This document shows positions 59,181-64,000 of a DNA stretch of 64,000 bases, piece after piece. A model generated the notes under the pieces. That model had not been told where the DNA came from and did not search any database. It was given only the letters and a program-made list of their open reading frames with translations. The translations under genes were made by a program, and so were the position numbers. Source of the stretch: Limisphaerales bacterium (GTDB taxonomy: Bacteria; Verrucomicrobiota; Verrucomicrobiia; Limisphaerales; JAEYXS01); NCBI GenBank assembly GCA_965283725.1, contig CBDIPT010000001.1, positions 799,154-863,153 of the forward strand, written 5' to 3'. Position 1 is the first letter of the stretch; each line of letters begins with the position of its first letter.

Positions 59181-59702
59181 TCAGCCGTCTTGTGGTTTTG
59201 CGGGCGTCGAAAGAATCAGTTGGTAGAAGACGAGGTCGAGCCAGCGGTTGAATTTGAAGCCGGCTTGTTGAATCCCGCCAGAGTGGGTGAACCCGAACTT
59301 TTGATGGAGGCGGATGCTGACTTCATTCTGAGAATCAATGGCCGCGACCAAGACGTGGTAGTTTTGGGCTTGAGCGCGCGTGATGACTTCTTGCAGCAGA
59401 ATCCGGCCAAGACCGCGTCCACGACAATCATGGCGGACATAGAGGGAGTGTTCCACGGTGTATTTATAAGCGGGAAAATTCCGGAATGGACCGTAACTGC
59501 CAAAGCCCAGGAGTGTGCCATCGTTTTCATCGATCGCACCAATGATCGGGTAGTTGCCAGCGCGCTTGTTCTGGAACCAGGTGGTCATCATCTCCGGCGT
59601 GCGAGCGCGGTAATCGTAGAGCGCGGTGGTGTGAAGGATGGCGTGATTGTAGATGGCCAGGATCTGCGGGGCGTAAGATTCGTCGCAGTCAATGAGCTTC
59701 AT
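59181..59702 (-). CDS. GNAT N-acetyltransferase (phosphinothricin-acetyltransferase-like)
   Basis: 173 aa from the ATG at 59702. 'RGRGLGRILLQEVITRAQ' is the acetyl-CoA-binding motif A, with 'LHQKFGF' downstream. The ORF extension to 60296 is antisense to the next gene. Confidence 0.85.
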   Translation of the reverse strand: MKLIDCDESYAPQILAIYNHAILHTTALYDYRARTPEMMTTWFQNKRAGNYPIIGAIDENDGTLLGFGSYGPFRNFPAYKYTVEHSLYVRHDCRGRGLGRILLQEVITRAQAQNYHVLVAAIDSQNEVSIRLHQKFGFTHSGGIQQAGFKFNRWLDLVFYQLILSTPAKPQDG

Positions 59703-59804
59703 GGCGGAGACGAGAACAAACTGCGTGGAGCGCGGCAAGGGTAAAGGAGGGCGCAGGAAAAGATTGGAACTGGGGCCGGTTTGCCGCTTAATTCCCGGCA
59801 TCCT

Positions 59805-60965
59805 ATGAAAACGTCTCTCTTGCCTGTCGTCATCAGCGCCTTGGCCGCTTCGTCTTTGTTTGCCGCAGAACCGCCCTTGCCAAAGTTCCGTGCGGTGGAT
59901 GTGGATACGAAGGTGGAAATCGGTTACGGCATCGCGATCGCGGACGTGGACGGGGATAAGAAGCCGGACATCCTCCTGGCGGACAAAAATACGATTCAAT
60001 GGTATCGCAACCCGACGTGGGAGAAGTTTGTGATCGCGGAGAAATTGACGGACAAGGATCACGTGTGCATCGCGGCGGCGGATATCGATGGGGACGGCAA
60101 GGCGGAGATCGCGGTGGGGGCGGGGTGGAATCCGGGCGATACGGAAACCAGCGGGGCGGTGTTCTATCTTATCCCGCCGAAAGATCGCACGCAGAAGTGG
60201 GAGCCGGTGGCGTTGCATCATGAGCCGACGGTGCATCGCATGCATTGGGTGAAGAATGCGGCGGGGAAGTTTGAACTCATCGTGAAGCCGCTGCATGGTC
60301 GCGGCAACAAAGGCGGCGAAGGCGTGGGTGGCAAGGTGCTGGCCTATACGGTGCCCGGGAATCCCAAGGACGAATGGAAAGTCAATGTGGTCAGCGACAA
60401 GTTACACATGAGCCATAATTTCCAAGGAGTGAACTGGGACAAAGATGCGGAACCGGAATTGATCTTGGGCAGCAAGGAAGGCGTGTTTGAGTTTGATCGC
60501 AGCGGCAGTGAATGGAAACGCACGCAATTGACGGACCAGCCGACGGGTGAGATCCGCGATGGCAAGCTGCCCGGCGGGAAGCGGTTCATCGCGACGATCG
60601 AGCCGATGCACGGGACGACGGTGGCGGCGTATGTGGCACCAGCGGCGGATGGGTTGTGGGTGCGAGCGCAAATCGATGACACGTTGAAGGATGGGCATGG
60701 GTTGGCAATCGCTGATGTGCTGGGGTTGGGCAGCGACCAGATCATCGCGGGGTGGCGCGGGATGACGCCGAAGGGCGTACCGGGCGTGCGGCTCTTCACG
60801 CCGCTGGACAAGGACGGCAAGCAGTGGCGCATGACGCCGATCTCAGCCGAGGAAGTTGCGATCGAGGATTTGAAGGTCGCGGACCTGAACGGGGACGGAA
60901 AGCTGGATATCATCCTCGCTGGGCGGCAGACGAAGAATTTGCGGGTGCTTTTTAACGAGAGATAA
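59805..60965 (+). CDS. secreted FG-GAP/VCBS repeat protein
   Basis: Signal peptide 'MKTSLLPVVISALAASSLFA'. Repeated 'DVDGDKKPDILLAD', 'DIDGDGKAEIAVG' and 'DLNGDGKLDIILAG' loops. Confidence 0.8.
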   Translation: MKTSLLPVVISALAASSLFAAEPPLPKFRAVDVDTKVEIGYGIAIADVDGDKKPDILLADKNTIQWYRNPTWEKFVIAEKLTDKDHVCIAAADIDGDGKAEIAVGAGWNPGDTETSGAVFYLIPPKDRTQKWEPVALHHEPTVHRMHWVKNAAGKFELIVKPLHGRGNKGGEGVGGKVLAYTVPGNPKDEWKVNVVSDKLHMSHNFQGVNWDKDAEPELILGSKEGVFEFDRSGSEWKRTQLTDQPTGEIRDGKLPGGKRFIATIEPMHGTTVAAYVAPAADGLWVRAQIDDTLKDGHGLAIADVLGLGSDQIIAGWRGMTPKGVPGVRLFTPLDKDGKQWRMTPISAEEVAIEDLKVADLNGDGKLDIILAGRQTKNLRVLFNER

Positions 60966-61024
60966 GTCCGAAAGCCTCTAAAACCGCTCGTATATTGCCA
61001 TTTCGATGGCGGGAGTTTGACCCT

Positions 61025-61064
61025 GAGCCGGAATGAGTTCATCATTCCGGCTCGGGTGTTTTTA
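61025..61064 (+). terminator. rho-independent terminator
   Basis: 12-bp perfect stem gagccggaatga (61025-61036) / tcattccggctc (61042-61053), then gggtgttttta. Confidence 0.75.
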
Positions 61065-61072
61065 TCTCTCAT

Positions 61073-64000
61073 ATGGCAAACGAGAAGTTCAACGAATTTA
61101 AGAAGACGAAGTGGTTCCGGCGGCTGATCTGGTCGGCCGTGGTGCTGGTGATCTACACGATCGTGGGTTTTCTGGTGCTACCGGCGGTGATCAAGTCGCA
61201 GCTTATCAAGCGGCTGCCGGAGTTCACGAAGCGGCAGGTGGCTATCGCTGAGGTGAAACTCAATCCGTATGCGTTCTCGTATACGATGCGTGGGTTTTCT
61301 CTGACGGAGACGAATGGGGAGACGTTTGCATCCTTGGGCGAGCTGTATGTGAATTTTGAGTTGGGGTCGTCCATCTTTAATGGGGCGTGGACGTTGGGCG
61401 AGGTGTCGGTGAAGGAGCCGTTTGGCCAGGTAACGCGCAAGGCGGATGGGACGTTCAATTTCGACAATCTCATCCCAGCGGCGAATACCAACGAGGTGAA
61501 GGAAGTGAAACCGTTGCCCGCCGTGTTGGTGGAGTTGCTGAGCATTGAGGGGGGAACGGTGGCGTTTACGGATGAGACGCGTCCGGGGCCGTTCAAGACC
61601 AAGATCGCGCCGATCAAGTTTGACCTGACGCAGTTGACGACGCGACCAGACAGGAACAGTCCGTATGCGTTCACGGCGAGTGATGATGCTGGGATGAAGC
61701 TATCCTGGAGCGGACGCGTGGCGGTGCAGCCACCGGCATCGAGCGGCACGCTGAAGATCGAGGGCGTTTCGCTGCCGAAATATGCGGGGTATGTGTCGGA
61801 GTTCTTTGCGGGAGAAATCGCGCAGGGAACGGTGAATGTCTCCGGGCAATATGGTTTCTCGCTCGCGGGCAAGACGCCAGCGGTGACGTTGACGAATGGT
61901 TTGGTGCAGGTGCGCAACCTAAAGGTGTCAGCGAAGGGCGAGACGTTGGTGACATTGGCGACGGTGGACGTGCGGTCGATTGTGGCGTCGCTGGAAGAAC
62001 GGTCCATCAAGGTGGCGGAGCTGGCGACGAGCGGTTTGGAGGCGAAGGTGGTGCGCGAGAAGGATGGAAGCATCAATCTGCTGAATCTCATCAAGTCGCA
62101 GCCGGTGAAGACGAATGAAGTGGTGGTGGTCGCGACGACGAGCACGAATGCGGTGGTGCCGTGGAAGGTATCGTTGGATTCGCTGCAAGTGACAAACTAC
62201 GGCGTGAGTGTGGAAGATCAGACGCTGACGAAACCGGCGAAGCTCAAGGTGGATCAAATCGCGGTGCGCGTAGATGGCTTTCAACTGACGACGAACGCGA
62301 CGTTGGCGACGAAGATCTCTGCCCGTTTGAACGAAGCGGGATCGGTGGAGGTGTCCGGGCCGGTGCGTGTGTTCCCGCCGGATGGGGAATTGATGCTGGC
62401 ACTGAAGGAGATGGATTTGCGGCCGTTCCAACCGTTCGCGGCACCGTTTGTGAATGTGGCGATACGGAGCGGGTTGCTCTCGACGAGCGGCAAGACGACG
62501 TTTGTTTTGCCTGCGGGTGGCGTGCCAAAATTCCAATTCAACGGTGAGGTGAAGCTGGACAAGTTTGATACGGCGGATGGGACGGAGTTCAAGGATTTCG
62601 TGAAATGGGAATCGTTGGCGATCAACGGCATTCAGCTCAAGAGCGAGCCGCAGGATTTGCAGGTGCAGGAAGTGAATCTCAAGGGGTTGCAGACGAGTTT
62701 GATCATCGGGACGAACAAGAAATCGAACATTGAGACGGTGCTGATGCTCAAGCCAGCGGCGACGAATGAAGTGGCCACAACGGCGGTGACGAACAAGACG
62801 GTTGCCGCAAGTGGTGCGAACACGAATGTGGTGCCGGTGAAGCTCACGAAGCTGGTGCTCGAGAATGCGTCGCTGAAGTATGCGGATCATTCCATCCTGC
62901 CGCATTGCAACTTCGCGGTGCAGAAGTTTGATGTGAGCATCGATGGGCTTTCGACGATCGGTGAGCAACCCGCGACGGTCAATGTGAGTGGGCGGGTTGA
63001 TGAATTGGCACCGTTCTCAGTGACGGGAAGGGTGAGGCCGGTGTTGGGGAATCTGTTGCTTGATCTGGTGGTGAGCAATCGTAATACGGACCTGACGGCG
63101 TTCACGCCCTACATGGAGAAGTTTGGCGGGTATCCCATCGTGAAGGGCAAGGTGAGCATCGCCTTGAAGTATGACATCCAAGGGATGGCGTTGAAGTCAG
63201 AGAACAGCGTGGTGGTGGATCAGTTCACGCTGGGGTCCAAGAACAACAGCCCGGATGCGATCAACCTGCCGTTGAAACTGGGCGTGGCGTTGTTGAAAGA
63301 CCGCCATGGCAAGATCGAACTGGATCTGCCGGTGAGCGGTCGGCTGGACGATCCACAGTTCCGCGTGTTCCCGGTCGTGATGAAGGTGCTGGTGAATCTG
63401 GTGACGAAGGCGGTGGCATCCCCGTTCGCGTTGTTGGGCAAGTTGGTGGGTGGTGGTGAGGAGATGAGCTTTGTGGCGTTCGAGCCGGGTTCGGGGGAGA
63501 TCTCGGCGGCGGAGCAGGATAAGATGCAGAAGCTCGCGAAGGCGTTGTATGAACGGCCGGGTTTGAATCTGGAGATCGCCGGGGCGGTGGAGCCGAAGAC
63601 GGACAAGCAGGCGCTGGTGCAATTGAAGTTCGAGCAGCAATTGAAGACGGCGCGGCTGAAAGAGATCGCAGCGACAGGTGTGGTGCCGCCAGCGATCGGG
63701 GAAGTGAAATTGGAAACGGCGGACCGAGAGCGGTTGGTGACGACGGCGTATGTGGCGGCGTTTGGGCCCTTGCCCGTGGCGACGAATGCCGTGGTGTCGG
63801 TGCAGACGAATGGGCCGGTAGCGGTGATCCCGGTGGTCACCAACGCGCCGATGGCAAAGGTGCCGGTCAAGTTGGCGAAAGCCGTTGAGGCCAAAAAGGC
63901 AACCAAGTTTTCATCGGCGGCGGCGAAGAGTGGTGGTGCCGTGCAGTTGGCTTTGGCGGAGCGGCGGAAGCAGGTGCTAGAGTCTAAGGCCAAAGAGGAG
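61073..64000 (+). CDS. DUF748 / AsmA-like large envelope protein, 3'-truncated by the window end
   Basis: My own translation from the ATG at 61073: 'MANEKFNEFKKTKWFRRLIWSAVVLVIYTIVGFLVLPAVIKSQL..'. I spot-checked the frame at 62101-62220, 62881-62940 and 63961-64000 and found no stop. It is absent from the ORF track, presumably because no stop is reached. Confidence 0.65.
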   Translation, partial: MANEKFNEFKKTKWFRRLIWSAVVLVIYTIVGFLVLPAVIKSQLIKRLPEFTKRQVAIAEVKLNPYAFSYTMRGFSLTETNGETFASLGELYVNFELGSSIFNGAWTLGEVSVKEPFGQVTRKADGTFNFDNLIPAANTNEVKEVKPLPAVLVELLSIEGGTVAFTDETRPGPFKTKIAPIKFDLTQLTTRPDRNSPYAFTASDDAGMKLSWSGRVAVQPPASSGTLKIEGVSLPKYAGYVSEFFAGEIAQGTVNVSGQYGFSLAGKTPAVTLTNGLVQVRNLKVSAKGETLVTLATVDVRSIVASLEERSIKVAELATSGLEAKVVREKDGSINLLNLIKSQPVKTNEVVVVATTSTNAVVPWKVSLDSLQVTNYGVSVEDQTLTKPAKLKVDQIAVRVDGFQLTTNATLATKISARLNEAGSVEVSGPVRVFPPDGELMLALKEMDLRPFQPFAAPFVNVAIRSGLLSTSGKTTFVLPAGGVPKFQFNGEVKLDKFDTADGTEFKDFVKWESLAINGIQLKSEPQDLQVQEVNLKGLQTSLIIGTNKKSNIETVLMLKPAATNEVATTAVTNKTVAASGANTNVVPVKLTKLVLENASLKYADHSILPHCNFAVQKFDVSIDGLSTIGEQPATVNVSGRVDELAPFSVTGRVRPVLGNLLLDLVVSNRNTDLTAFTPYMEKFGGYPIVKGKVSIALKYDIQGMALKSENSVVVDQFTLGSKNNSPDAINLPLKLGVALLKDRHGKIELDLPVSGRLDDPQFRVFPVVMKVLVNLVTKAVASPFALLGKLVGGGEEMSFVAFEPGSGEISAAEQDKMQKLAKALYERPGLNLEIAGAVEPKTDKQALVQLKFEQQLKTARLKEIAATGVVPPAIGEVKLETADRERLVTTAYVAAFGPLPVATNAVVSVQTNGPVAVIPVVTNAPMAKVPVKLAKAVEAKKATKFSSAAAKSGGAVQLALAERRKQVLESKAKEE

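Noticed and set aside
59703-60296. Upstream extension of the GNAT ORF (track: 59181..60296, 371 aa).
   Set aside because: The extension is Arg/His-rich junk antisense to the FG-GAP gene. The GNAT fold is complete from the ATG at 59702.
61153-63993. Three long minus-strand ORFs (61153-62145, 61928-62968, 63220-63993).
   Set aside because: Low-complexity Ser/Thr/Ala/Arg-rich translations, typical of shadow ORFs opposite a GC-rich gene. The plus strand carries an uninterrupted DUF748-like reading frame from 61073 to the window end.

Overview
GC-rich chromosomal segment (judged by eye, not computed). The gene content is typical of the PVC superphylum, most likely Verrucomicrobiota. That lineage call is an inference from two DUF1501/PSD1 pairs, a PVC-type heme-binding dehydrogenase, a formylglycine sulfatase, a fused ccoNO gene and characteristic intergenic repeat motifs. 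I found no rRNA, tRNA, CRISPR array, transposase or integrase. Gene order from left to right: (1) a signalling and protease group: cNMP-binding protein, GspG-like/Sel1 protein, Cys-phosphatase, M48 peptidase; (2) a secreted protein and a sulfatase; (3) an ECF sigma factor, an anti-sigma/vWA (YfbK-like) protein and a ~2330-aa membrane protein of unknown function; (4) on the minus strand, a three-gene SMC-type operon (kleisin-like, MukE/JetB-like, 1120-aa ATPase) with no JetD/MksG nuclease gene; (5) a PVC heme-binding dehydrogenase and two mirror-image PSD1-DUF1501 pairs around a second M48 peptidase; (6) five two-component-system genes; (7) a complete cbb3 oxidase locus (ccoI, ccoS, ccoNO fusion, ccoQ-like, ccoP, ccoG, fixH-like, TauE-like); (8) an orphan ACP, a TIM-barrel protein and a thioesterase; a GNAT; an FG-GAP protein; and a 3'-truncated DUF748/AsmA-like gene. 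Main second-look items: the nuclease-less JetABC/MksFEB-like operon; the sigma / anti-sigma-vWA / giant internally duplicated protein module; a 300-bp mosaic of REP-like repeats and perfect palindromes in front of the giant gene; and eight places where well-conserved protein motifs continue in another frame. Seven of those eight behave as single-base deletions, mostly in homopolymers. That pattern points to uncorrected indel errors in the assembly (or pseudogenes), so gene calls here should not be taken at face value.
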